A DNA stretch of 39,935 bases from a virus, in the UHGV virus genome UHGV-0040432; one strand, written 5' to 3'. The position numbers and the translations under genes are program-made. The notes below the pieces were generated by a model. It made no database searches. It was not told the DNA's origin and saw only the letters and a program-made list of their open reading frames with translations. Positions 27,573 through 37,367 of the stretch are shown here, in pieces (the first letter of the stretch is position 1; every line of letters begins with the position of its first letter).

Positions 27573-27588
27573 TGCCTGGAGAAAAAAC

Positions 27589-29058
27589 ATGTCTCAGTTA
27601 CATGGCGTTGAAACTATTGAACTCACCTCGGGTACGGTGGCGGTTACCACGATTCAGACCGCCATTATCGGCCTGGTGGGAACGGCACCTGATGCGTCGG
27701 GGGGAACAGCCGCATCGGGATCATCCGGTACACCCATTCTCGATAACGTTATCGACTTCACTGCAACCATTAAGGGGCGGGAAGGCAATGTCATCAATGT
27801 CGCTGCGCTGGCCGGACAGCCGGCAGCCGAAAACCCTGCTGCGGTTGTGACGTCAGCAAGCTGGGATCCTGAATCGCTGACACTAAAAATCACGCTGGGT
27901 TGTGATGAACAAGGTGTTATCACGGCTAAACCCGGAGACGTTGCTGAGGCTGTCGGTGGTGTTGATGGCGCAAAAGTCAGTGCGAGCGGGCGCGGTGACG
28001 GGATTGTCCAGCCCTTCAGCCTGCAATTAGCGGGGGGTGAAGATGAACCCTTTCCACTCAATACGCCGGTGGCGGTCGTCGGCACCACGCTGTTATCCCG
28101 CCTGGGTGAAAAAGGTACGCTGAAACAGGCACTGACAGACATTAACGATCAGCGTAATGCGCTGACGGTGGTGGTGCGTGTGGCAGATGAAAACGATGTG
28201 GCAAAACGACGCGCTGCAGTACTGAAGGGGATCAGCACCCTGTCTTCAGCGAAATCTGTTACCACGTACCAGCCGCGTATTGTGATAGCGCCGGGATTCA
28301 GTGAGGACGATGCGGTTGGTAAGGGGCTGGAAACCGTGGCAGGGAAATTGCGCGCCGTTGCATATGTTGACTGCGCCTCCGGTGCGACGCTGCAGGAAGT
28401 GGTACAGCGTCGCCAGTCCTATGGCGCACGAACTGAACTGTTGCGCCCGCGGGTACAGGCGAGCGATGCAGATGGCCAACTGGTTTATCGCCCTTACTCT
28501 GCGTTTGCTGCCGGGTTACGCGCCCGCATCGACTTTGAAAAAGGCTGGTGGTGGAGCAAGTCAAACCAGGACATCAACAACATCCTCGGTGTTGAGCAGA
28601 TCGATGAATTTATCCTCGGGGATGAGAACTGCGATGCAAACCTGCTCAACATGCAGAACGTGTCCACCATTATCCGCCGGGCGGGTTTTAAACACTGGGG
28701 GAACCGTCTGTGTGCAACCAATCCACAGTGGCGTTTTGAATCTGTCCGCCGTACTGCTGATGTTATTGAGGACAGCATCCAGGAAACCATGCTGGAGTAT
28801 GTTGACCGCCCACTGGACCGGGAAAATGCGGATGACATTATCGGCACCATCAATGCCTATATGCGGCAACTGGTCGGTCTTGGCGCCATATTCGGTGGGC
28901 GGGCCTGGCTGGATGAAGAACTGAACACCGCGGAAACCATGGCGTCGGGTGTCCTGTACATCAATTATGACTTTGGTCCGAAATCGCCGACTGAACTTAT
29001 CAGCCTGCGCGTCCGGGTGAACAATAACTATGCGCTTGAGGAGATGCTTGCAGCATGA
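27589..29058 (+). CDS. Tail sheath protein
   Basis: 490 aa; start at the ATG preceded by GGAGAAAAAAC; directly upstream of the tube gene. Confidence 0.75.
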   Translation: MSQLHGVETIELTSGTVAVTTIQTAIIGLVGTAPDASGGTAASGSSGTPILDNVIDFTATIKGREGNVINVAALAGQPAAENPAAVVTSASWDPESLTLKITLGCDEQGVITAKPGDVAEAVGGVDGAKVSASGRGDGIVQPFSLQLAGGEDEPFPLNTPVAVVGTTLLSRLGEKGTLKQALTDINDQRNALTVVVRVADENDVAKRRAAVLKGISTLSSAKSVTTYQPRIVIAPGFSEDDAVGKGLETVAGKLRAVAYVDCASGATLQEVVQRRQSYGARTELLRPRVQASDADGQLVYRPYSAFAAGLRARIDFEKGWWWSKSNQDINNILGVEQIDEFILGDENCDANLLNMQNVSTIIRRAGFKHWGNRLCATNPQWRFESVRRTADVIEDSIQETMLEYVDRPLDRENADDIIGTINAYMRQLVGLGAIFGGRAWLDEELNTAETMASGVLYINYDFGPKSPTELISLRVRVNNNYALEEMLAA

Positions 29059-29561
29059 GCGATAAAAACACACTACGCGTCTGGACCTTCTTCCGGCAGG
29101 GGATCCGTATTCAGGGGGCGCATGAATTTACGCCGCCGTCTCTGGCTATTGTTAAAACGGATTTGCGTACCGGCGCACAGGATGCGCCAACTCCGGTTGA
29201 TGACGGCATGGAAGCACTGACCTGTCAGGTTAAATTTTATGGGATAGATACGGATATGCTGGCCAGCTTTGGTTTTGTCAGCGGCAGCCGTTCACGCTTT
29301 ACGGCTTATCAGGGCTATCTCGGTAACGGCACTGCGCGCGGTACGGTTGAGGAAATCGAGGGGTTTGTACAGACCGTCACGCCGGATGCGCGCAGTAAGG
29401 ACACGCTTTCCGAAAATGCCGTGACGGTTGATATTGCCGTCAGCTACTACCGTCAGTCACTGGACGGGCGCGAACTGTTTGCCATCGACACAGAGCGTTT
29501 CGCCCGCCGGGTTAATGGCGTTGATGTGCTTTCTGGCCTGGCTGCCAAAGTGCGTCTCTGA
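29055..29561 (+). CDS. Tail tube protein
   Basis: 168-aa ORF coupled to the sheath gene by ATGA overlap. Confidence 0.7.
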   Translation: MSDKNTLRVWTFFRQGIRIQGAHEFTPPSLAIVKTDLRTGAQDAPTPVDDGMEALTCQVKFYGIDTDMLASFGFVSGSRSRFTAYQGYLGNGTARGTVEEIEGFVQTVTPDARSKDTLSENAVTVDIAVSYYRQSLDGRELFAIDTERFARRVNGVDVLSGLAAKVRL

Positions 29562-29585
29562 TTTTACTGTTATCCCACCACTGTA

Positions 29586-29607
29586 ACGGCCTGCGGGCCG
29601 TTTTTTT
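29586..29607 (+). terminator. Intrinsic terminator after the tube gene
   Basis: CGGCC-tgcg-GGCCG hairpin followed by T7. Confidence 0.75.
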
Positions 29608-29619
29608 ATGGAGCATCCT

Positions 29620-29919
29620 ATGAGCTTTCCTGGTGAAACCCGCGTTATAAAACTGTATTCCCCCGTATCACTTGATAATGGGGTCGTGATCGATGAAGTC
29701 ACCATGCGTGAACCGCTGGTTCGCGATCGCATCACTCATGCCAAAGACCGCGGCAACGAAGAAGAGAAAGAAGCCCGCATGATTGCGCTGCTGTGCAATC
29801 TCAGTGAACAGGATCTCTGGCTGATGACGGCGGCAGATTACTCACAGTTGCTGGATGCCTTTAACGTTTTTATGCTCCCGCCCGCGAAGCGACCGAAGGC
29901 GGGCTCCTCCGGGCAATAA
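29620..29919 (+). CDS. Tail assembly chaperone (P2 gpE-like)
   Basis: About 100 aa, located between tube and tape measure; start at the second ATG (GGAG 6 nt upstream); a -1-frame ORF overlaps its 3' end. Confidence 0.6.
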   Translation: MSFPGETRVIKLYSPVSLDNGVVIDEVTMREPLVRDRITHAKDRGNEEEKEARMIALLCNLSEQDLWLMTAADYSQLLDAFNVFMLPPAKRPKAGSSGQ

Positions 29920-30021
29920 GATTTCTGGGGCGGCGACTGCATTTTCCGATGACGGAATACCTCGATATGCCGTTCAGCACTTTCTCTGATTTTTTGACCG
30001 ACGAACTGGAGACGATAAACC

Positions 30022-31845
30022 ATGGGCGGAATAAGCCAGAACCTTAAGGCCGTCATTACCTTTGGCGGAAACCTGGATAATTCATGGAAACGATCTGCAG
30101 ATGGTCTGCAAAAAAGCCTGAAAGATGTCGGAAAGCAGTCTGAACGACTGACAAAAGACCAGACCAGACTGGCAGCAGAAATCAAACGCGCCAAACTGGC
30201 CGGTGAAAGCCTGGGGGATTTGAAGCGCCGCTATACCGATGTTTCCAGGGAAATCCGCAAAACGGAGGCGGAGCAGCAGAAACTGAATGTACAGATGCAA
30301 AAAGCACAGCGCATTCAGGCATTCAAAGGAGCCGGTACAGGTCTGTTCCGGCGCGGTCTGGGGATCGCCGGGCAGGTGGGCGGGATGTTTGGATCCGGGC
30401 TGGCTATTGGCGGTGGCGGTGTGGTGGCTTCAGCTCTTGGCACACTGATAGCGCCAGCGGCCACCAATGCTGAAACGGCAACCCGCACTAATGTCGCAAA
30501 AAGTTACGGCGTGGACGTGGCCACGTTTAATGCCTGGGATTCTCTGGCGAAGCAGTACGACATGAATGCGGAAAACATTGGCGATCTCTTTGAAGAGTAT
30601 CTGCACAAATCCGGGGAGTATAAACAGAACGGTAAGCAGGGCTCGTTGCAGGATGCGTTTGAAACGCTCGGGTTCAAAGCGGGGGATTTTGCCGGGCTCA
30701 GCGATATGGCGCAGTTCGACAAAATTGTTGAACGGGCGCTCAGCCTTCAGGACGAGTCAAAAGCCTCCTTCGCACTGGATTCTCTTTTTGGCGGGGAAGC
30801 AAGCAAACTGCTGATGCTTATCAAGCAGTCTGGCCGGAGCTACCGCGACCTGATGGACGAACAGCGGCGCTACAACCTTGTGACCAAAGAGGGGGCTGAT
30901 GGTGCGGTTGCGGGTAATCAGGCTATCAATAATCTCCGCACTGTTTTCTCTTCTGCGGTCGCAGAAATTTCCGGGCAACTGGGAAATGAACTGGCGCCGG
31001 ATATCCGTAACCTGACGAATGATCTTGCCGACTGGTTCAAAGGTGGCGGGATCAAACGCATTGTAACTTTCCTGCGAAACGACCTCTATCCCGGCGTTCT
31101 GTCGTTCGGGCAGGGGGTGGTTTTTGTCGGGAAAATTATTTACGCGCTGGCTAAAAAACTGTCCTGGCTGCTGCCGGATGACCGTAATGACCAGCGTGAC
31201 GTCCTCAAAACGCTTGCGGCAAATGGAGTAGAAAGAGCACGTTTCAGGGCAAGCCAGAATGGACAGGGGGAATGGTTTGACCAGCAACTGAAAGAGCGTC
31301 CTGACCTGCCGCAAGAGGTTAAACACTCCTGGGAATCCACCCGGGGACTGTTTGGCTTTGATTCTGATGATGAGACATTTAACAAATCGCTTGATAAATA
31401 TCTGTCACCTGAAGGTGGCGATTCGCTTTTAAACTGGAATGCGGCACTACAGCAAAACAAGGAGCATGTAGCGCAACTCGTTGAAGAGGAACCGGAAAGC
31501 AGTACCGGAGCTTGGGATAAATATCCAAACGCTTTCCTTCTTCCCACCGGGCAGCAGGACAGACATGTTACTACAACAGACAGATCACCTGCCGAGCCTG
31601 TGATTCTGAAAGACGAGAGCACGGGCGGTTACTGGGAAAGTCTGCTTCAGAAAATGGATGTACTGGATAAGCAGCCGCCATCACGGCAGATAACCGATAA
31701 CCGCAAATTTGAGTACCACTTCGAAATTAATGCCGCGCCGGGACAGGATGAGAAAGCCATTGCCGATGAAGTGACCACGGTGACGAAAAACAATTCTGCT
31801 TTTAATGGTGATAACAGCCTTCTGGATGGGGGACTTGTCTGGTGA
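30022..31845 (+). CDS. Tail tape measure protein
   Basis: 607 aa, N-terminal coiled-coil-rich region and Gly-rich segments; canonical position. Confidence 0.8.
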   Translation: MGGISQNLKAVITFGGNLDNSWKRSADGLQKSLKDVGKQSERLTKDQTRLAAEIKRAKLAGESLGDLKRRYTDVSREIRKTEAEQQKLNVQMQKAQRIQAFKGAGTGLFRRGLGIAGQVGGMFGSGLAIGGGGVVASALGTLIAPAATNAETATRTNVAKSYGVDVATFNAWDSLAKQYDMNAENIGDLFEEYLHKSGEYKQNGKQGSLQDAFETLGFKAGDFAGLSDMAQFDKIVERALSLQDESKASFALDSLFGGEASKLLMLIKQSGRSYRDLMDEQRRYNLVTKEGADGAVAGNQAINNLRTVFSSAVAEISGQLGNELAPDIRNLTNDLADWFKGGGIKRIVTFLRNDLYPGVLSFGQGVVFVGKIIYALAKKLSWLLPDDRNDQRDVLKTLAANGVERARFRASQNGQGEWFDQQLKERPDLPQEVKHSWESTRGLFGFDSDDETFNKSLDKYLSPEGGDSLLNWNAALQQNKEHVAQLVEEEPESSTGAWDKYPNAFLLPTGQQDRHVTTTDRSPAEPVILKDESTGGYWESLLQKMDVLDKQPPSRQITDNRKFEYHFEINAAPGQDEKAIADEVTTVTKNNSAFNGDNSLLDGGLVW

Positions 31846-32312
31846 GTGAAATTATCCCGATATTTGAAGATTCAGGCCAGCGCAGTGCAGGCGCATTACG
31901 GGGTGGGCAGGAAGCCCGCGTGATGATGATGCTGGGGAATTTCGCCTTTTCGATTGATACAGCGGCTTATCATCAGCTCACCCGTGAGGCCAGCTGGCGC
32001 TGGAGTGAACAGGAACGCATCGGCAAACAGGACCTTCTTCAGTACACCGGAAAGCCTGGCCGTACCGTCAGGCTTGAAGGGCAGTCTCACGCCTTTTTCC
32101 GTAAAGGGGTGGAAGGGGTAAATGATTTATTTGATCTTGCCGATCAGGCGAAACCCCAGCAGCTTGTCAGCGGAGAAGGCGATGTACTGGGGTGGTGGGT
32201 GGTGACCGACTTTTCAGACACGACGAGTAAGTTTTTACCGGGTGGCGGTCACCGAAACAAAAACTGGACGATGACGCTAAAACACTATGCCGACGATCTA
32301 TCAAACCCGTGA
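31842..32312 (+). CDS. Tail protein U-like (P2 gpU family)
   Basis: Segment MMMLGNFAFSID...WRWSEQERIGK resembles the gpU N-terminus as recalled; true start may be the internal ATG at 31923. Confidence 0.6.
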   Translation: MSEIIPIFEDSGQRSAGALRGGQEARVMMMLGNFAFSIDTAAYHQLTREASWRWSEQERIGKQDLLQYTGKPGRTVRLEGQSHAFFRKGVEGVNDLFDLADQAKPQQLVSGEGDVLGWWVVTDFSDTTSKFLPGGGHRNKNWTMTLKHYADDLSNP

Positions 32313-32502
32313 CGGAGATGTACTGGATGCAATTTGTGCCGTGCATTACGGTACTGAAAATCTTTCAGACTCAGTGACTCAGGTTCTTGAAGCCAATCAG
32401 GGGCTGGCGGATCAGGGGGCTATGTATCCTTCCGGCCTGTATATCACACTGCCGGATCTGGTGACGCCCGTAGCGGAATCGCCATTCAGTTTATGGGATT
32501 GA
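32287..32502 (+). CDS. Tail protein X (P2 gpX-like)
   Basis: 71 aa; GDVLDAICAVHYG ... ITLPDLVTPVAESPFSLWD closely matches the gpX pattern. Confidence 0.7.
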   Translation: MPTIYQTRDGDVLDAICAVHYGTENLSDSVTQVLEANQGLADQGAMYPSGLYITLPDLVTPVAESPFSLWD

Positions 32503-32503
32503 T

Positions 32504-33622
32504 ATGGCAGATCAGACAGCGATGCCGGAATATGCGCCGGCCTTCAGCATTCAGGCCGAAGGGAAAGATATAACCCGGGTGCTGCAACAATGCCTGAGTG
32601 AACTGACCCTGACGGATTATGGTGGGGCAACAGCGAAAGCCGATGAACTGAAAATCAGCCTCATCTCTGAAACGCTGGCGCTTCCCACTAAAGGTGCCCG
32701 GCTCCGGGTTGCTCTGGGATTCAATGACCAGTTGATCGATAAAGGCTGGTTTGTTGTCAGTGGTGTCTCGAGCAGCGGTCCGCCAAGGCGTATTGAGCTT
32801 TATGCGACCGCCGCGCCGATGAACGCCCAGAAACAACCCGGAGATGTGACAAGCCAGAAAACCCGGAGCTGGGATAACCTTCGCCTTGCCGATATTGTCA
32901 AAACGGTGGCCACCGATAACGGGCTGATCCCCCGCGTGGCCGACGCGCTCAAAGATATTCATATAAATCACATCGATCAGGTGGCGGAATCCGATGCCAA
33001 CCTGCTCGCAAGGCTTGCACGTGACTACAACGCAGTGAGCAAACCATCAGGAGGCTACTGGCTTTTTTTAAAGCAGGGGGCCACGGCAACGGCTTCAGGG
33101 AAACAGACTGGCGGGATCACCATCACACCGGATGAAGTATCAAACTGGTCCTACAGTGAAGGTGAGCGGGGGAGTTCGACAGGTAAAGCTACAGGGAATG
33201 GAGGAAAAGCCAAAGAGAAAATCGGCGTGCGTTATTACGACGAGGAGGATGGCACGACAAAGACCTCCTCCGTTGAACATGATGGCCCGGCGATGACTAA
33301 TCCCTATACCCAGTCGGAGAAAAACACCGCCGAGCAACAGGCAAACTCCAGGAAAACACAGGCGAAGCGTAACGAGCAGAAAATGACGCTCACGGGGCCA
33401 TGTCGCCCTAAACATGTTCCGCTGACAGCAGAAGCAAGTGTGTCGACTTCCGGTTTTGGCTCCCGTGAGGATCGGGCCTGGGTGGTTGAGTCTCTGGTCT
33501 TTTCTCTGACGTCAGCAGGATTCAGCTACACCTACAACCTTGTCGTGGATATTCGTAAACCCGCAGCAGCTTCGAAAAAATCAGAAAAGCAGGACAAAAA
33601 AGGCCCGTCCTACTTCGGTTAA
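32504..33622 (+). CDS. Tail protein D (P2 gpD-like)
   Basis: 372 aa; N-terminal PEYAPAFSIQAEGKDITRVLQQCLSELTLTDYGGATAKADELKISL pattern typical of gpD. Confidence 0.7.
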   Translation: MADQTAMPEYAPAFSIQAEGKDITRVLQQCLSELTLTDYGGATAKADELKISLISETLALPTKGARLRVALGFNDQLIDKGWFVVSGVSSSGPPRRIELYATAAPMNAQKQPGDVTSQKTRSWDNLRLADIVKTVATDNGLIPRVADALKDIHINHIDQVAESDANLLARLARDYNAVSKPSGGYWLFLKQGATATASGKQTGGITITPDEVSNWSYSEGERGSSTGKATGNGGKAKEKIGVRYYDEEDGTTKTSSVEHDGPAMTNPYTQSEKNTAEQQANSRKTQAKRNEQKMTLTGPCRPKHVPLTAEASVSTSGFGSREDRAWVVESLVFSLTSAGFSYTYNLVVDIRKPAAASKKSEKQDKKGPSYFG

Positions 33623-33661
33623 CCCTCCCGCCATCCGGCGACTCAGCTACGGAATTTAATC

Positions 33662-34015
33662 ATGAACGGTGTAAACAACCGGACCGGAAAACGCCTGTCC
33701 GGCGTCGCCCATTTGCGCCAGTCCGTCAGCGACATACTGACCACTCCCATCGGGAGCCGGGTTCTTGTCCGTGACTATGGCAGTGATCTGTTTTCGCTGG
33801 TGGATAACCCACGGGATGATTTGACCCGACTACAAATAATCGCCGCGTCAGCGACCGCACTGGCCCGGTGGGAAACGCGGCTGAATGTAACACGTGTGCT
33901 TGTTTCCTTTCCTGAAGGGGAGTCCGGCTGTGTGCTGGATATCGAGGGGATCAACAAGGAAACCAATTTACCTGTCAGAACGGGAGACATAACGATTTAT
34001 GGCAAGCAGCTATGA
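33662..34015 (+). CDS. Baseplate assembly protein W (gpW / gp25-like)
   Basis: 117 aa; TPIGSRVLVRDYGSDLF motif as in P2 gpW. Confidence 0.7.
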   Translation: MNGVNNRTGKRLSGVAHLRQSVSDILTTPIGSRVLVRDYGSDLFSLVDNPRDDLTRLQIIAASATALARWETRLNVTRVLVSFPEGESGCVLDIEGINKETNLPVRTGDITIYGKQL

Positions 34016-34919
34016 CGTGATCAACCTGTCCGAACTGGATGTACCGGATGCCATTGTGGTGCCGGATGCGACTGAAATCTTCACCCGGTGGCTGGCGCGC
34101 CTGCGGGAACTTGATAAGCAGTTTGATGCGCTGGTGGAATCCGATCCAACGTTTAAACAGGGGGAGGTGAATGCCTACCAGCTGACGCTTGTGTTTCAGC
34201 GGGTTAATGATGCCGTGCGGGCGGTATTTCTCGCGAGTGCAAAAGAGGCAGATCTTGACCAGATAGGTGCTGCATTCAACGTTAAACGTCAGGTGATTAA
34301 GCCCGGCGATCCGCTTGCCATCCCGCCAGTGGAGCCTGAACTGGAAGACGATGCGGCATTTCGCGAACGTATCCAGCTTTCATGGGCGCAGCTGAATACA
34401 GCAGGCGCGCGTAACGCATACCGCTTTCATGCGAAGTCTGCCGATACGGATGTGCTGGATGCAGATGCCTATGGGCCGGAAACCCATAACCGGCCTGGCT
34501 ACGTTGATGTCTATGTCCTGTCCCGTACCGGGGATGGAACAGCGGGACAGACCCTGCTTGATAAGGTTAACAGCACACTGAATGCGGATGAAATCCGCCC
34601 GTTAACGGACTATGTGACGGTAAAAAGTGCCACGATTGCAAACTATGCCGTTACGGCGGAGCTGGAGATCCCGGAAGGACCTGACGCCAGTACGGTGCTG
34701 AATAATGCCATCGATGTTTTACGGTCATACACCATGCTTTCCCATCGGATTAAAACTGTCATCCCGCTGTCCGCCATTTATGCCGCGCTGCAGCAATCCG
34801 GTGTGGTCCGGGTAAGGCTGATTTCTCCGGTGACAGATCTGGAAGCGGAAGCGGGTAAAGCCCCGTGGTGTACCGCCATTAATGTCACCCGCAGGGAGGT
34901 AAGCAGCAATGACGGCTAA
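33999..34919 (+). CDS. Baseplate assembly protein J (gpJ-like)
   Basis: 306-aa ORF following the W-like gene, in P2 W-J-I order. Confidence 0.7.
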   Translation: MASSYDVINLSELDVPDAIVVPDATEIFTRWLARLRELDKQFDALVESDPTFKQGEVNAYQLTLVFQRVNDAVRAVFLASAKEADLDQIGAAFNVKRQVIKPGDPLAIPPVEPELEDDAAFRERIQLSWAQLNTAGARNAYRFHAKSADTDVLDADAYGPETHNRPGYVDVYVLSRTGDGTAGQTLLDKVNSTLNADEIRPLTDYVTVKSATIANYAVTAELEIPEGPDASTVLNNAIDVLRSYTMLSHRIKTVIPLSAIYAALQQSGVVRVRLISPVTDLEAEAGKAPWCTAINVTRREVSSNDG

Positions 34920-35472
34920 GTTTCGATCTCTGCTTCCTCCAGGCGCATTTCATGAAGAGCGGGCGCAGGAGCAGGCCAGCGCTGAGCAAATCGCCACCCT
35001 CGATACCAACATGGTGCGCAAGTCCAAAAATCCTGACACCTGTCCGGCGCATCTTCTCCCCTGGCTGGCCTGGGAGCATGCCGTTGATTTCTGGGATGAC
35101 GGCTGGACAGAGGCGCAGAAGCGACAGGTGATAAAAGATGCCGCTTATGTTCATCAGCACAGGGGAACGGCCGGGGCGGTACGCCGTTCTCTCGGGTCTG
35201 TGAACCTGCCCACAACCGTGGTTGAGTGGTGGGAAGACACGCCGCGCGCTGAACCTTACACCTTCCGGATCGAAGTACAGAGCAGTGAGGGGGTCAGCGA
35301 CGCTCTCTATCATCAGATCCGCCAGCTCACCGATCGGGCCAAGAACCTGCGCAGCTATCTGAGCAGAATCGATGTGATGGCGAATGTGGGTATGGACGGG
35401 GCTTTTTATATTTCGGGTGCGACAACAGCGCATATCGATGTGGACATTTTTACCGGGGAATCTCATGGCTGA
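34909..35472 (+). CDS. Baseplate/tail protein I (gpI-like)
   Basis: 187-aa ORF between the J-like gene and the tail fibre gene. Confidence 0.65.
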   Translation: MTAKFRSLLPPGAFHEERAQEQASAEQIATLDTNMVRKSKNPDTCPAHLLPWLAWEHAVDFWDDGWTEAQKRQVIKDAAYVHQHRGTAGAVRRSLGSVNLPTTVVEWWEDTPRAEPYTFRIEVQSSEGVSDALYHQIRQLTDRAKNLRSYLSRIDVMANVGMDGAFYISGATTAHIDVDIFTGESHG

Positions 35473-36868
35473 TTACTACTCAATTATCACTAACCGGGGT
35501 AAAGAACTGGAAGCGGAGGCGCTGGCCAGTGGTCGCCTGATTGTACTGACTCACTTTGTGGTGGGGGACAGTAATGGCAAGCAGGTTAAACCCGATCCGT
35601 CGCAAATCCGGTTGATCAATGAAACGTACCGGGGAGATATCGCTGAGCTGGTGGTGTCACCGGAGCAGTCCACGCAGTTAATGGCAAAAATCGTTCTGCC
35701 GACCGGGGTTGGTGGATTCACCGTTCGCGAAGTCGGTTTAATGACTGACGCCGGAGAGCTTTACGCGGTGGCAAACTGCCCATCGATCGATAAGCCGGTT
35801 GGTGGTGTCAGCGTTAACATGCAGTTTCGCCTGGCGGTATCAGATACCTCAAATATCACGCTGAATGTTGCTACAGGTGACGGCTTATTCCTGCGCATTG
35901 ACCAGAACCTGAAAGAGATAAAAGCGCGGGGCGCGGAAGCACAAAAAACGTCGCGTGAATCCATTGGTGTCCTCGATGGCACGACACAACAAAGAGGGCT
36001 GGTTCAACTTAACAGTGCGGTGAACAGCACTAGTGAAACGCAGGCTGCCACCCCTGCCGCAGTTAAAATCGCAATGGATAATGCGAATGCGCGGCTGGCT
36101 AAAGACCGGAACGGCGGTGACATTCCGAATGTCGCATTATTTCTACAAAACCTTGGTATAGACCGCATCGACCAGGACTCAAACGAAACACGCATCTGGT
36201 CGCCTGATGGAAAAAACTACATTTTTGTTCAAAACGGAGTCTGGGGTGCATATTCAATCAATTCTCCCGCCGGAGCATTATCTCTGGGGTTAGGGTTTGG
36301 CGGGACGGGCGCTACAGACGCTGCGGGGGCAAGGACCAATCTTGGGTTAGGAGACTCTTCTACGCGAGATGTCGGCACTGTATCTGGAACTGTTGCTGCT
36401 GGTGATGATAGCCGTATCACAGGCGCAATGCAGCAAAACCAAAATGGTAATGACATCCCTGATAAAGCTGAGTTCAGAAGTAACATCGGGCTTGGCTCTG
36501 CCGCAACAAGAGCGGTCGGGAACGGCGCAAACCAGATCCCTGACATGAGTTTCTTTTCTGCAGCACTGGCTATCAATGGATGGGCAAAACTGCCAAACGG
36601 GCTAATCATTCAGCAGGGAACATCTACAGCAGCCACTCCATCAAGCCCTGATGTTCTGGTTAACTTCCCAATTCCATTCCCAACAGGGGTTTTACATATT
36701 GGTGAGCACGACTCAAATGGCGGTCTGTCTATGACACTCTGGCAGCTCAATAACATTACAAGAACCGCTTTTTATGCCGGTGCTCTTGGTGGCGTTACTC
36801 GTGGAAATACAACCATTCGGGCTCTTGCCACGTCTGCTGCATGTAACTGGTTTGCAATAGGATATTAA
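35465..36868 (+). CDS. Tail fibre protein (P2 gpH-like N-terminus, Gly-rich repetitive C-terminus)
   Basis: N-terminal segment REVGLMTDAGELYAVANCP resembles the conserved gpH region; start at the ATG overlapping the upstream stop. Confidence 0.75.
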   Translation: MADYYSIITNRGKELEAEALASGRLIVLTHFVVGDSNGKQVKPDPSQIRLINETYRGDIAELVVSPEQSTQLMAKIVLPTGVGGFTVREVGLMTDAGELYAVANCPSIDKPVGGVSVNMQFRLAVSDTSNITLNVATGDGLFLRIDQNLKEIKARGAEAQKTSRESIGVLDGTTQQRGLVQLNSAVNSTSETQAATPAAVKIAMDNANARLAKDRNGGDIPNVALFLQNLGIDRIDQDSNETRIWSPDGKNYIFVQNGVWGAYSINSPAGALSLGLGFGGTGATDAAGARTNLGLGDSSTRDVGTVSGTVAAGDDSRITGAMQQNQNGNDIPDKAEFRSNIGLGSAATRAVGNGANQIPDMSFFSAALAINGWAKLPNGLIIQQGTSTAATPSSPDVLVNFPIPFPTGVLHIGEHDSNGGLSMTLWQLNNITRTAFYAGALGGVTRGNTTIRALATSAACNWFAIGY

Positions 36869-36869
36869 G

Positions 36870-37298
36870 ATGAACAAATATTTATATGACGCTAGGACGA
36901 ATGCCTTTTACCCATTAAGCCTTCAGGGGGATTATGAAGCGGCCAACACCTGGCCGGCGAGTGGTGTGGAAGTTGATGATGACGTTTTTAAAACATTTCA
37001 ATCACCACCTCCGGGTAAAATGATGGTGGCCGGTAAAGATGGCTATCCGGCATGGGCTGATGTTCCTCCACCATCCAAAGAAAACATTGTTGCTGCCGCT
37101 GAAATTGAGAAACAGTCCAAGATTGATCAAGCTAACGACTATATGAACAGTAAGCAATGGCCCGGGAAGGCCGCTATGGGGCGATTGAAAGATTCAGAAA
37201 AGGTGCAATACAACGCCTGGCTGGATTATTTGGATGAACTGGAGGCTGTGGATACAGCGGCTGCGCCAGACATTAAATGGCCTGAAAAACCAGAATAG
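36870..37298 (+). CDS. Tail fibre assembly protein (Tfa, gpG-like)
   Basis: 142-aa ORF directly after the fibre gene with Tfa-like composition. Confidence 0.7.
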   Translation: MNKYLYDARTNAFYPLSLQGDYEAANTWPASGVEVDDDVFKTFQSPPPGKMMVAGKDGYPAWADVPPPSKENIVAAAEIEKQSKIDQANDYMNSKQWPGKAAMGRLKDSEKVQYNAWLDYLDELEAVDTAAAPDIKWPEKPE

Positions 37299-37367
37299 GA
37301 ACGTTTACGAAAATGAATATTTCAGGTGCAAATGGCATGATCCCGGCTTTTAGCGAAGGGATTGATC

